From: Eledone cirrhosa
Lineage: Eukaryota
Direction: 5' to 3'
DNA: 64,000 nucleotides
Assembly (NCBI GenBank): GCA_964016885.1
Contig: OZ024754.1
Coordinates: 16,306,001-16,370,000 of the forward strand
Shown: one piece after another, positions 25,697 to 40,600 of the stretch
Layout: each line of letters begins with the position of its first letter
Numbering within the stretch: the stretch's first letter is position 1
Program-made: the position numbers and the translations under genes
Notes under the pieces: model-generated
Told to the model about the DNA's origin: nothing
The model's input: only the letters and a program-made list of their open reading frames with translations
Database searches by the model: none

Positions 25697-27651
25697 ACCA
25701 CTAAGCCACCTGCCTTTATGAAATGACAGGGTAGGGTAGTGAAGTACTCTTTAGTCTTGTGCTGGTACCACAATAAGATGCAGACAGTACAGTCTGTAAA
25801 ATGGTAGTTATGGGTGGTGGGAGAGAATTATGAAAATGTCTGTGAGAAGTGAGGAGGAAAAGGGTGGTGGTCGTATACATGGGTTTAAAAATAGCTCTGA
25901 TGTAATTTCTTGTACATAGTCTTTGTGATGAAGAATGGAGTAAATTGATAAGGATGGTGGAGGTAGGGCATTGAATAAAGTGGACATGATTAAAGATATC
26001 TTCCATTACGTAGGTGGTGTTGAGGAGTAAATAGGTGTGGGGGACGGAGTCATCAGCTGTGGTGGTGGGCTGTCTAAAGACATCTGCCATTGTGTAGGTG
26101 GTGTTAAGGAGTGAATACATGAGTGGGGAAGGGGTCAGACAAATCCAATATTATCCTTAGGTCACATGGACAGTATGAAGAATGGGGCAGGAGATGGGTG
26201 TGGTGGGGTGGGTGTCTAATATGTCAGTGGGTATTAGGGGCAGATGAAGGCTTAAGGGAGGGGCCAGGAGACCGAAATGCTACAGATCTCTCCAACAGTC
26301 TGGAGGGGCCACACCCTGCTTATATATGATCCCGCACTCTACAGAGTGTACTGGGTGAATTTTATCATAGCACCAGCACTAGGGAGGTCATCTTGTCTTT
26401 GACACAACTGAAAAGTCCTCTCATCTTTGTTTGGCAAAGTTTTCTATGGCTCAAGGCCCTTCCTATGACCAACCATTTTACAGAGTTTACTGGTTGCAAT
26501 TTTTGTGGTACCAGGAGAGCATGTTGTGTCATGACTGAAGGAGACCTCTCAACCCTTTGGTATGGTGTCTGTGGCTGGATGTGATTCATATCAATAACCA
26601 TTTTACAATGAAATGATAGAAAGGTTTTCTCTAATTTCTGGTCCAGTGTCCTACAGATTTACTCTCTGTTCTACCAGAAAACATTTAACATGTATCTTTA
26701 ACTACATAATTGTCTTTTATAGAACTTGTCATGGAATTCCAGTTAACTAACTCAATGGCAAATCAATTTATTCCATTTCCAATTCTTTATAATTTTTAAT
26801 TTTCAACACAGCCCACTCCATCACTAATTTCATCTGGTGACTGTGACTTATACATACAAGGTATGAATTGTTTCATATTTACCTTTATAATAAGAAATAG
26901 AGTCTGGAGTCTTGTATACCTACCTTTGTACACAACCCTTAATAAGGAATAGAGTCTGTACCCCCTGACTGAAAAAATTAGCAACTCTTATGAGAGGGCT
27001 AGGGTTATTGCGGTTCCTCCTGTTAAATTATTTCAGGCCTATAAGAACAAGTATTTAAAGGCTATTTTCCCTGCTAAAGGAGGGCTTAGACTTATGGCCC
27101 CCATAAGCTTCTTGATCCCCCTCAACAATATCTTGGATTTCATTTCTTCAATCATTTTTATCCATATCTTTCTTGGTCTTCCCCTTCCTCTACTTCCTTC
27201 CCATCATTCCTCTCACCCAGTCACTTTCATCCTTCCTCAACACATGACCCAAACATCTCGTTCCATTTCTCTTGACAACATTCATCATTAGCTCATCTAT
27301 CTCAATTGGCCTTGAAAAGGATGAAAAGCAAAGTTGACCTTGGCAGGATTTGAACCAAGAGTATAGCAAGCTACAATGAATACAGCAAAGAATTCTGTCT
27401 GATGTTCTAACAACTACCAACTCACTACCTTACTTGATTATGGTATCTATTCACAGTTGAGTGGACTGAGCCAATGTATCTTGGTTATGTGGTACATGCT
27501 CTCCATGTAATTTGAGATTATATTAACTTAATTTTCCTTGTACTAACTAAAATAGTTAAGGATGTTAGTCAATGTCAGTTGGGTCTCCGTACGGTCCTTT
27601 TTATGCTATTCTCTTATGTAATTTGATAGTAAATTAGTTAATGAGCTAGTG

Positions 27652-27965
27652 AAGGTGCATGGCTTTGTGGTTAGGGGATTTGGCTCACAATTGTAAGGCT
27701 GTGGGTTCGATTCTTGGCGGCACATTGTGTCCTTGAGCAAGACACTTTATTTCACATTGCTCCAGTCCATTCAGCTGGCAAAAATGAGTTGTACCTGTAA
27801 TTCGAAGGGCCAGCCTTGTCATATTCTGTGTCACGCTGAATCTCCCTGAGAACTACGTTAAGGGTGCGCGCGTCTGTGGAATGCTCAGCCACTTGCACTT
27901 TAATTTCACGAGCAGGCTGTTCTGTTGATCGGATCAACTGGCAGATTTGTCGTAACCGACGGCGG
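27652..27965 (+). mobile_element. SINE family B, near full length
   Basis: A and B boxes with the full body. A minus-strand copy is at about 24900-25180. Confidence 0.88.
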
Positions 27966-28387
27966 GCCAGTCAGTTAATAAGTCAGGTAAAGTGGACCCT
28001 AAACTTTGATGATGATGGCATGGAGAACTATCTGGTAGTTCCACTTAAAATACCCTCTGTACAATTAGCGAGGAAGGAATGAGATTTAAAGCAATGCTAC
28101 AGAGATGTAGAGATAATTCAAAGAGACGAGAGAATGAAATCAAACCACATAGGGAAATATAATCTGTTTTTGAATTTATTCTTTTATTCTTTTACAGTTT
28201 CAGTCCTTAGAGTGTCTCTCTTCCCTGGGGCCCTGACTTCAAGGGACTTAGTCAATCAGTTTTCAAATCTGGTACTTATTTTATTGATCTCTATTTGTTG
28301 AACTGCTAAGTTACAGTGTATAAGTGAATAGTAGATGTATGCATGTGCATGCACACACATACATACATACATGTATAGCTTGGCAGA

Positions 28388-30790
28388 GAATGGTATGGTA
28401 TTGTGTGCTATGATATGTAATGTGGTATAGCATGGTATGGTGGAGTGTGGCATGGTTGGGTATAGTATGGTATTGTGTGCTATGATATGTCATGTGGTAT
28501 AGCATGGTATGGTGGAGTGTGGCATGGTTTGGTATAGAATGGTATGGTATTGTGTGCTATGATATGTCATGTGGTATAGCATGGTATGGTGGAGTGTGGC
28601 ATGGTTTGGTATAGAATGGTATGGTATTGTGTGCTATGATATGTAATGTGGTATAGCATGGTATGGTGGAGTGTGGCATGGTTTGGTATAGAATGGTATG
28701 GTGTCATGTGGTATAGCATGGTATGGTGGAGTGTGGCATGGTTTGGTATAGAATGGTATTGTGTGCTACGATATGTAATGTGGTATAGCATGGTATGGTG
28801 GAGTGTGGCATGGTTTGGTATAGAATGGTATGGTATTGTGTGCTATGATATATCATGTGGTATAGCATGGTATGGTGGAGTGTGGCATAGTTTGGTATAG
28901 AATGGTATGGTATTGTGTGCTATGATATGTAATGTGGTATAGCATGGTATGGTGGAGTGTGGCATGGTTGGGTATAGTATGGTATTGTGTGCTATGATAT
29001 GTCATGTGGTATAGCATGGTATGGTGGAGTGTGGCATGGTTTGGTATAGAATGGTATTGTGTGCTACGATATGTAATGTGGTATAGCATGGTATGGTGGA
29101 GTGTGGCATGGTTTGGTATAGAATGGTATGGTATTGTGTGCTATGATATGTCATGTGGTATATCATGGTATGGTGGAGTGTGGCATAGTTTGGTATAGAA
29201 TGGTATGGTATTGTGTGCTATGATATGTCATGTGGTATAGCATGGTATGGTGGAGTGTGGCATGGTTTGGTATAGAATGGTATGGTATTGTGTGCTATGA
29301 TATGTAATGTGGTATAGCATGGTATGGTGGAGTGTGGCATGGTTTGGTATAGAATGGTATGGTGTCATGTGGTATAGCATGGTATGGTGGAGTGTGGCAT
29401 GGTTTGGTATAGAATGGTATGGTATTGTGTGCTATGATATATAATGTGGTAAAGCATGGTATGGTGGAGTGTGGCATGGTTTGGTATAGAATGGTATGGT
29501 ATTGTGTGCTATGATATATAATGTGGTATAGCATGGTATGGTGGAGTATGGCATGGTTTGGTATAGAATGGTATGGTATTGTGTGCTATGATATGTCATG
29601 TGGTATAGCATGGTATGGTATTGTGTGCTATGATATGTCATGTGGTATAGCATGGTATGGTGGAGTGTGGCATAGTTTGGTATAGAATGGTATGGTATTG
29701 TGTGCTATGATATGTCATGTGGTATAGCATGGTATGGTGGAGTGTGGCATGGTTTGGTATAGAATGGTATGGTATTGTGTGCTATGATATGTAATGTGGT
29801 ATAGCATGGTATGGTGGAGTGTAGCATGGTTTGGTATAGAATGGTATGGTGTCATGTGCTATGATATGTAATGTGGTATAGCATGGTATGGTGGAGTATG
29901 GCATGGTTTGGTATAGAATGGTATGGTATTGTGTGCTATGATACATAATGTGGTAAAGCATGGTATGGTGGAGTGTGGCATGGTTTGGTATAGAATGGTA
30001 TGGTATTGTGTGCTATGATATGTAATGTGGTATAGCATGGTATGGTGGAGTGTGGCATGGTTTGGTATAGAATGGTATGGTGTCATGTGCTATGATATAT
30101 AATGTGGTATAGCATGGTATGGTGGAGTGTGGCATGGTTTGGTATAGAATGGTATGGTATTGTGTGCTATATGTAATGTGATATAGCATGGTATGGTGGA
30201 GTGTGGCATGGTTTGGTATAGAATGGTATGGTATTGTGTGCTATATGTAATGTGGTATAGCATGGTATGGTGGAGTGTGGCATGGTTTGGTATAGAATGG
30301 TATGGTATCGTGTGCTATATGTAATGTGGTATAGCATGGTATGGTGGAGTGTGGCATGGTTTGGTATAGAATGGTATGGTATCGTGTGCTATATGTAATG
30401 TGGTATAGCATGGTATGGTGGAGTGTGGCATGGTTTGGTATACAATGGTATGGTATTGTGTGCTATGATATGTAATGTGGTATAACATGGTATGGTGGAG
30501 TGTGGCATGGTTTGGTATAGAATGGTATGGTGTCATGTGCTATGATATATATAATGTGGTATAGCATGGTTTGGTTTAGAATGGTATGGTATCATGTGTT
30601 ATGATATCATATAATATGTTATGGCATGGCGTAGTATGGTGTGGAATGGTTTGAAGTGGTTTGGTGTGGTTTCGAATGGTTTCGTATAGAATGGTATAGT
30701 ATTATGAGCTATGATATCGTATAATATGGCATGGTATGGCATAGAATGGTATGGTATTGTGTGCTATGATTTCATATAATATGGTATATA
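28388..30790. repeat. Minisatellite with a 77-bp consensus (also 60, 72 and 74-bp variants) built on ATGGT pentamers
   Basis: Unit atggtatggtattgtgtgctatgatatgt(a/c)atgtggtatagcatggtatggtggagtgtggcatggtttggtataga, about 30 copies. Confidence 0.95.
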
Positions 30791-30876
30791 TGGTCCTGTA
30801 GAGTCGTGGAGGCGCTATATTGACATATAGCGTTTCTTGGGCATTTTAAGCTTGGAGGAGGCCATCCCTCTCTAGG

Positions 30877-31440
30877 ATGGCATGATAAGGTATCACATGT
30901 GGTATAGCATGGTATGGTATCACGTATGGTAAGGTATCTCATATGGTATAGCATGATAGGGTATCGCATGTGGTATAGCATGGCATGGTAACACGTGGGG
31001 TATAGCATGGTATCACATATGGTATGACATGGTTAGGTATCTCATATGGTATAGCATAGTATCACATCTGGTATGGCATGGTGTCTCATATGGTATAGCA
31101 TGGTATCTCATATGGTATGGCTTGGTATCACATCTGGTATGGCATGGTATCACATCTGGTATGGCATGGTATCTCATATGGTATAGCATGGTATCTCATA
31201 TGGTATAGCATGGTATCTCGTATGGCATGGTATCTCATATGGTATGGCATGGTATCTCATATGGTATGGTATGGTATCACATCTGGTATGCCATGGTATG
31301 GCATAGTATGGTATCACATCTGGTATGCCATGGTATGACATCTGGTATCACATTTGGTATGGTATGGTATCACATCTGGTATGCCATGGTATGGTATGGT
31401 ATCACATCTGCTATGCCATGGTATCACATTTGGTATGGTA
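30877..31440. repeat. Related ATGGT-based repeat of about 22 bp (atggtatc(a/t)cat(a/c)tggtat(a/g)gc)
   Basis: Read directly. Confidence 0.9.
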
Positions 31441-32094
31441 GTATGAAGTCTGTGTGAATGTAGAGATGTGAACTGGTGGAAGTAGAAAGTGCCAGTAACA
31501 TAGAAAGGCTGACAATTCAGTCCAATCAGAATATTTGTTCTCACTAATAAAGTTGATGAAAAAGTTTGAATGTATTTGTGAAAAAATAGTATCTATTATA
31601 TATACACTTGTACCTATGTATATGTGTGTGTGTGTGTGGCAGGGAAATCAGCTGTTAAATGATGGTTGTGTATGTATGTATGTATATATGTGGCTGTTTG
31701 TATTTATATAAAGATGTACACATATATAAACACACACACACTCTCATATATATGTATGTATATATCTTTATAAATAATGTGCAAGTGTCATATGACAACT
31801 ACTTTGTACTTGGACAGGGAAATGATAATTTGATATACTCTCTACTTAGCTCTCTCCCCCTCCCTTGACAAGCTATACATTTCTCTTATGACAACACCAA
31901 CAATATCTGGTTGTCTGTTTTTGTATAAGACCAACAACAAACCACAAATCCCAATAACATTTCTTAGGTCAGAGGTTCTCAAAGTGGGTCCAGGGGACGC
32001 TGGGCGTTGATAGAGATGATGTAATAGTATATTAAATATCAAATGATACATATTATAGTAAAATAAAAAATATATAATATTTATTTATACATAG

Positions 32095-32285
32095 TCGGTG
32101 GATTGGCAGTATCGGTAGAGGGTCGGACGCCATGCTTTGCAGCAAGGAGTTACGGCCCTTTATGGTCTGAGTTCAAATCCGACCGAGGTTAACTTTGCCT
32201 TTCATCCTTACAGAGTCGATAAAATAAAGTACCAGTAATACACTGGGTAATTGCTGGCCTTGTGCCAAAAGTAAAAACAATTATT
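32095..32285 (+). mobile_element. SINE family A
   Basis: Consensus match. Confidence 0.9.
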
Positions 32286-32317
32286 TATTATATATAAATT
32301 AACGATTTTATTTATTA

Positions 32318-33156
32318 CTAGCAGTAAAGCCCGGCGTTGCTCGGGGTCGCTTAGTAGCTGTGTTAAAGTTACAATGTTAAGTTTCTTTCTTGGCTTAAAA
32401 ACTGTAGTGTCTACTGTGCAGACTTGCATGTGGTGTTTTTGATTAATATTCCCTCAACCAACAATATGCCTTATGAAGTTAAGAAAACATAACGATAACC
32501 CGAATGTTATAACAAAAGAGGATGCTGGGGATAGAAACTGCACTGGTTATTTATTAACAAAGATCGAAAATGTAAACACTGCAACGCAGAGAAAAACATT
32601 AGCGTAACCAAATTATCAGTTATGTCTGTCTGCACGCCTATATCACCTCTCTGCACGACTATCTGTCTGCACGCCTATATCACCTCTCTGCACGACTTTC
32701 TGTCTGCACGCCTATATCACCTGTCTGCACGACTGTCTGTCTGCACGCCTAACGACGAAATATTTGCTTGTTTTACGTAGTCTTTAAATAAACTTGTTTT
32801 CAAGTAAAAATATTGTTTTAAAATGCTTTTAAATGGAAATGAAGCAAAACGGAAGCTTCGTGTATTGTGTTAATGTCATTTTAAACGCTGAGAAAGCCAG
32901 CGTAATTTTTTATGTAAGACGCTCAATGTAAACAGAACAAAGGGAAATAACTGATAACTTACGCTCAAAAATCGATACATTATATTCGATTTCGTCACAT
33001 AGGGTGGGTCAATTTGAAATTTTTTTTTCCGATGTCCTCGCTAGGGCTCAATGTACAAGTATAGCAATTTCGGTGCAATTCCGTGAGAGATTCTAAGAGG
33101 AGATGTGTGCCAAAAATCGATAGACAGACAGACAACCACAGTTTTATATATATAGA
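32318..33156 (-). mobile_element. Non-autonomous Helitron
   Basis: The minus strand starts A|TCTATATATATAAAA and ends with the hairpin CCCGAGCAACGCCGGG then CTAG|T. Internal tandem repeats of about 38 bp lie at 32625-32750. Confidence 0.85.
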
Positions 33157-33173
33157 TTATTTACAATCTGTGT

Positions 33174-33363
33174 GGCGGTGGATTGGCAGTATTGGTAGAG
33201 GGTCGGACGCCATGCTTTGACGCATAGAGTTACGGCCCTTGCCATTCTGAGTTCAAATCCCGCCGAGGTTAACTTCGCCTTTCATCCTTACGGGGTCGAT
33301 AAAATAAAGTACCAGTAATGTACTGGGTAATTTCTGGCCTTGTGCCAAAAGTAGAAACAATTA
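33174..33363 (+). mobile_element. SINE family A, full length with TSD
   Basis: ttatttacaatctgtgt is duplicated on both sides. Confidence 0.92.
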
Positions 33364-34603
33364 TTTACAATCTGTGTGTAGGCAGGTCTCTCTGTAAATA
33401 GGTGGGGAGGAGGAGGACACTGAGGGTATTACATGGCCGTGAGGGGGCAGTGGCCCCAAAAGTTTGAGAACCTCTGCCTTAGAACAAAGTCATAGTAATT
33501 TAGTGCCTATATCTAAACTATAATAAAGTAAGGAGTGTGGGACTGCGTCCAGAATATATTTTTTTTATCCAGTTTGTAAAATAAGTTGGATTACTTTGAA
33601 TAAATAATTGTTTCTACTTTTGGCACAAGGCCAGCAATTACCCAGTACATTACTGGTACTTTGAATAAATAATGAATGGAAATTACATAATTTATCTAGT
33701 AAATTTCGTGGCTGTTGATTAAATATATTTTATTCTTTATTTTAAGATTCACTTCTTTAAAATTTTCAAATGTCAACAATTCCGGTTAGCGATCGCTTAA
33801 ATAAACATTCATATATTTCCGTCGCTAATTTTCTCCTAATGAAGTTTATATATAATATCGTCTTTTTTTTAATGTATCATGGATTACGTTACTGATTAGA
33901 TAAGACTGTGTAACGCAGTCTTCGTTCAATTTCTGTGTATTATATATTGTCAATTATAATTTAATTTGATGTATCATATCTACATGTATATATACCTGCG
34001 TATAATATCAATATACACACTACACATGCTAGCAGAAAACCACATGAACGGTGGTTTTTCTGCTAGTATTTGATAATGATTAAAGAAAATTATTGCAATT
34101 AATTTAAATGCATGTAAAATTAAATACATGGAATTAAATACATAAAATTAAATACATTAAATATGTGAAACGATGATGATGATATATAACAGAATTCCCC
34201 CCCCCCCATCATTAATATATCAAAGAGATATCTCATAGGTGTCAAATGTAAATTACATTCTGCTTGCTTGTAGACATTTATGTTTCTTCTTTTATTAGTT
34301 TCAGTCATAAGATCATGGCCATACTGGGGCATAGCCTTGAGGTGGTTGATTTTATTAACCCCAGTTGTTATTTTTTTCAAGTCTGGTACTGATTTTATCA
34401 ATCTCTCTTGTGGAACCACTAAGTTATGTGACTGCGACACACTGATTACAGTACACAGGATGTAGGTTATCAGATAATTAAGACATCCAAACATGGTTCT
34501 ACTTCTCCCACAATTCTATTGGCTGGTTCATTTCCTTGGTGGCAGCCTCTCAAATCTTGACTGAGAAAAGAAACACTTCCTTTCTGGTATTAGGTATAGT
34601 ATT

Positions 34604-37600
34604 CCTCTTTCTTTAATGTCCTGTACCACATGAAACCACATTAACATGACAGTCTAGACAGTAATCCTCTTTGTTTAATGTCCTGTACCACATGAAACCA
34701 CATTAACATGACAGTCTTGACAGTACTCCTCTTTGTTTAATGTCCTGTACCACATGAAACCACATTAACGTGACAGTCTTGACAGTAATCCTCTTTGTTT
34801 AATGTCCTGTACCACATGAAACCACATTAACGTGACAGTCTTGACAGTAATCCTCTTTGTTTAATGTCCTGTACCACATGAAACCACATTAACGTGACAG
34901 TCTAGACAGTATTCCTCTTTCTTTAATGTCCTGTACCACATGAAACCACATTAACATGACAGTCTTGACAGTATTCCTCTTTCTTTAATGTCCTGTACCA
35001 CATGAAACCACATTAACATGACAGTCTAGTCAGTACTCCTCTTTGTTTAATGTCCTGTACCACATGAAACCACATTAACGTGACAGTCTTGACAGTACTC
35101 CTCTTTGTTTAATGTCCTGTACCACATGAAGCCACATTAACGTGACAGTCTAGACAGTAATCCTCTTTGTTTAATGTCCTGTACCACATGAAACCACATT
35201 AACATGACAGTCTTGACAGTACTCCTCTTTGTTTAATGTCCTGTACCACATGAAACCACATTAACATGACAATCTTGACAGTACTCCTCTTTGTTTAATG
35301 TCCTGTACCACATGAAGCCACATTAACGTGACAGTCTAGACAGTAATCCTCTTTGTTTAATGTCCTGTACCACATGAAACCACATTAACATGACAGTCTT
35401 GACAGTACTCCTCTTTGTTTAATGTCCTGTACCACATGAAACCACATTAACATGACAGTCTTGACAGTACTCCTCTTTGTTTAATGTCCTGTACCACATG
35501 AAACCACATTAACACGACAGTCTAGACAGTAATCCTCTTTGTTTAATGTCCTGTACCACATGAAGCCACATTAACACGACAGTCTAGACAGTAATCCTCT
35601 TTGTTTAATGTCCTGTACCACATGAAACCACATTAACGTGACAGTCTAGACAGTACTCCTCTTTGTTTAATGTCCTGTACCACATGAAACCACATTAACA
35701 TGACAGTCTTGACAGTACTCCTCTTTGTTTAATGTCCTGTACCACATGAAACCACATTAACACGACAGTCTAGACAGTAATCCTCTTTGTTTAATGTCCT
35801 GTACCACATGAAACCACATTAACGTAACAGTCTTGACAGTACTCCTCTTTGTTTAATGTCCTGTACCACATGAAACCACATTAACATGACAGTCTTGACA
35901 GTACTCCTCTTTGTTTAATGTCCTGTACCACATGAAACCACATTAACACGACAGTCTAGACAGTAATCCTCTTTGTTTAATGTCCTGTACCACATGAAAC
36001 CACATTAACACGACAGTCTAGACAGTAATCCTCTTTGTTTAATGTCCTGTACCACATGAAACCACATTAACGTGACAGTCTTGACAGTAATCCTCTTTGT
36101 TTAATGTCCTGTACCACATGAAACCACATTAACATGACAGTCTTGACAGTACTCCTCTTTGTTTAATGTCCTGTACCACATGAAACCACATTAACATGAC
36201 AGTCTTGACAGTACTCCTCTTTGTTTAATGTCCTGTACCACATGAAACCACATTAACACGACAGTCTAGACAGTAATCCTCTTTGTTTAATGTCCTGTAC
36301 CACATGAAGCCACATTAACACGACAGTCTAGACAGTAATCCTCTTTGTTTAATGTCCTGTACCACATGAAACCACATTAACGTGACAGTCTAGACAGTAC
36401 TCCTCTTTGTTTAATGTCCTGTACCACATGAAACCACATTAACATGACAGTCTTGACAGTACTCCTCTTTGTTTAATGTCCTGTACCACATGAAACCACA
36501 TTAACACGACAGTCTAGACAGTAATCCTCTTTGTTTAATGTCCTGTACCACATGAAACCACATTAACGTAACAGTCTTGACAGTACTCCTCTTTGTTTAA
36601 TGTCCTGTACCACATGAAACCACATTAACATGACAGTCTTGACAGTACTCCTCTTTGTTTAATGTCCTGTACCACATGAAACCACATTAACACGACAGTC
36701 TAGACAGTAATCCTCTTTGTTTAATGTCCTGTACCACATGAAACCACATTAACACGACAGTCTAGACAGTAATCCTCTTTGTTTAATGTCCTGTACCACA
36801 TGAAACCACATTAACGTGACAGTCTTGACAGTAATCCTCTTTGTTTAATGTCCTGTACCACATGAAACCACATTAACACGACAGTCTAGACAGTAATCCT
36901 CTTTGTTTAATGTCCTGTACCACATGAAACCACATTAACACGACAGTCTAGACAGTAATCCTCTTTGTTTAATGTCCTGTACCACATGAAACCACATTAA
37001 CGTGACAGTCTTGACAGTAATCCTCTTTGTTTAATGTCCTGTACCACATGAAACCACATTAACACGACAGTCTAGACAGTAATCCTCTTTGTTTAATGTC
37101 CTGTACCACATGAAACCACATTAACACGACAGTCTAGACAGTAATCCTCTTTGTTTAATGTCCTGTACCACATGAAACCACATTAACGTGACAGTCTAGA
37201 CAGTACTCCTCTTTGTTTAATGTCCTGTACCACATGAAACCACATTAACATGACAGTCTTGACAGTACTCCTCTTTGTTTAATGTCCTGTACCACATGAA
37301 ACCACATTAACACGACAGTCTAGACAGTAATCCTCTTTGTTTAATGTCCTGTACCACATGAAACCACATTAACACGACAGTCTAGACAGTAATCCTCTTT
37401 GTTTAATGTCCTGTACCACATGAAACCACATTAACGTGACAGTCTTGACAGTAATCCTCTTTGTTTAATGTCCTGTACCACATGAAACCACATTAACACG
37501 ACAGTCTAGACAGTAATCCTCTTTGTTTAATGTCCTGTACCACATGAAACCACATTAACACGACAGTCTAGACAGTAATCCTCTTTGTTTAATGTCCTGT

Positions 37601-40600
37601 ACCACATGAAACCACATTAACGTGACAGTCTTGACAGTAATCCTCTTTGTTTAATGTCCTGTACCACATGAAACCACATTAACACGACAGTCTAGACAGT
37701 AATCCTCTTTGTTTAATGTCCTGTACCACATGAAACCACATTAACACGACAGTCTAGACAGTAATCCTCTTTGTTTAATGTCCTGTACCACATGAAACCA
37801 CATTAACGTGACAGTCTTGACAGTAATCCTCTTTGTTTAATGTCCTGTACCACATGAAACCACATTAACGTGACAGTCTTGACAGTAATCCTCTTTGTTT
37901 AATGTCCTGTACCACATGAAACCACATTAACACGACAGTCTAGACAGTAATCCTCTTTGTTTAATGTCCTGTACCACATGAAACCACATTAACACGACAG
38001 TCTAGACAGTAATCCTCTTTGTTTAATGTCCTGTACCACATGAAACCACATTAACGTGACAGTCTTGACAGTAATCCTCTTTGTTTAATGTCCTGTACCA
38101 CATGAAACCACATTAACACGACAGTCTAGACAGTAATCCTCTTTGTTTAATGTCCTGTACCACATGAAACCACATTAACACGACAGTCTAGACAGTAATC
38201 CTCTTTGTTTAATGTCCTGTACCACATGAAACCACATTAACGTGACAGTCTTGACAGTAATCCTCTTTGTTTAATGTCCTGTACCACATGAAACCACATT
38301 AACACGACAGTCTAGACAGTAATCCTCTTTGTTTAATGTCCTGTACCACATGAAACCACATTAACGTGACAGTCTTGACAGTACTCCTCTTTGTTTAATA
38401 TCCTGTACCACATGAAACCACATTAACATGACAGTCTTGACAGTACTCCTCTTTGTTTAATGTCCTGTACCACATGAAACCACATTAACATGACAGTCTA
38501 GACAGTAATCCTCTTTGTTTAATGTCCTGTACCACATGAAACCACATTAACGTGACAGTCTTGACAGTACTCCTCTTTGTTTAATGTCCTGTACCACATG
38601 AAGCCACATTAACATGACAGTCTTGACAGTAATCCTCTTTGTTTAATGTCCTGTACCACATGAAACCACATTAACATGACAGTCTAGACAGTAATCCTCT
38701 TTGTTTAATGTCCTGTACCACATGAAACCACATTAACATGACAGTCTAGACAGTAATCCTCTTTGTTTAATGTCCTGTACCACATGAAACCACATTAACG
38801 TGACAGTCTTGACAGTACTCCTCTTTGTTTAATGTCCTGTACCACATGAAGCCACATTAACATGACAGTCTTGACAGTAATCCTCTTTGTTTAATGTCCT
38901 GTACCACATGAAACCACATTAACATGACAGTCTAGACAGTAATCCTCTTTGTTTAATGTCCTGTACCACATGAAACCACATTAACGTGACAGTCTTGACA
39001 GTAATCCTCTTTGTTTAATGTCCTGTACCACATGAAGCCACATTAACATGACAGTCTTGACAGTAATCCTCTTTGTTTAATGTCCTGTACCACATGAAAC
39101 CACATTAACATGACAGTCTAGACAGTAATCCTCTTTGTTTAATGTCCTGTACCACATGAAACCACATTAACATGACAGTCTTGACAGTAATCCTCTTTGT
39201 TTAATGTCCTGTACCACATGAAACCACATTAACATGACAGTCTTGACAGTAATCCTCTTTGTTTAATGTCCTGTACCACATGAAACCACATTAACATGAC
39301 AGTCTAGACAGTAATCCTCTTTGTTTAATGTCCTGTACCACATGAAGCCACATTAACATGACAGTCTAGACAGTAATCCTCTTTGTTTAATGTCCTGTAC
39401 CACATGAAACCACATTAACATGACAGTCTAGACAGTAATCCTCTTTGTTTAATGTCCTGTACCACATGAAACCACATTAACGTGACAGTCTTGACAGTAC
39501 TCCTCTTTGTTTAATGTCCTGTACCACATGAAACCACATTAACACGACAGTCTAGACAGTAATCCTCTTTGTTTAATGTCCTGTACCACATGAAGCCACA
39601 TTAACACGACAGTCTAGACAGTAATCCTCTTTGTTTAATGTCCTGTACCACATGAAACCACATTAACACGACAGTCTAGACAGTAATCCTCTTTGTTTAA
39701 TGTCCTGTACCACATGAAGCCACATTAACACGACAGTCTAGACAGTAATCCTCTTTGTTTAATGTCCTGTACCACATGAAACCACATTAACATGACAGTC
39801 TTGACAGTACTCCTCTTTGTTTAATGTCCTGTACCACATGAAACCACATTAACGTAACAGTCTTGACAGTACTCCTCTTTGTTTAATGTCCTGTACCACA
39901 TGAAACCACATTAACATGACAGTCTTGACAGTAATCCTCTTTGTTTAATGTCCTGTACCACATGAAACCACATTAACATGACAGTCTTGACAGTAATCCT
40001 CTTTGTTTAATGTCCTGTACCACATGAAACCACATTAACATGATAGTCTTGACAGTACTCCTCTTTGTTTAATGTCCTGTACCACATGAAACCACATTAA
40101 CGTGACAGTCTTGACAGTACTCCTCTTTGTTTAATGTCCTGTACCACATGAAGCCACATTAACATGACAGTCTTGACAGTAATCCTCTTTGTTTAATGTC
40201 CTGTACCACATGAAACCACATTAACATGACAGTCTAGACAGTAATCCTCTTTGTTTAATGTCCTGTACCACATGAAACCACATTAACATGACAGTCTAGA
40301 CAGTAATCCTCTTTGTTTAATGTCCTGTACCACATGAAACCACATTAACATGACAGTCTAGACAGTAATCCTCTTTGTTTAATGTCCTGTACCACACGAA
40401 GCCACATTAACATGACAGTCTAGACAGTAATCCTCTTTGTTTAATGTCCTGTACCACATGAAACCACATTAACATGATAGTCTTGACAGTAATCCTCTTT
40501 GTTTAATGTCCTGTACCACATGAAACCACATTAACATGATAGTCTTGACAGTAATCCTCTTTGTTTAATGTCCTGTACCACATGAAACCACATTAACATG

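Larger units (their letters stand above)
31970..33476. mobile_element. hAT-like MITE hosting nested insertions
   Basis: TIRs CAGAGGTTCTCAAA and TTTGAGAACCTCTG, with degenerate 8-bp flanks tcttaggt and ccttagaa. Confidence 0.75.

Noticed and set aside
25716-26350. 134-aa ORF or degenerate retroelement
   Set aside because: No recognisable motif, so it is too decayed to classify.
28256-31544. Many short His/Tyr/Trp-rich ORFs
   Set aside because: Products of the ATGGT minisatellite with frequent stops.
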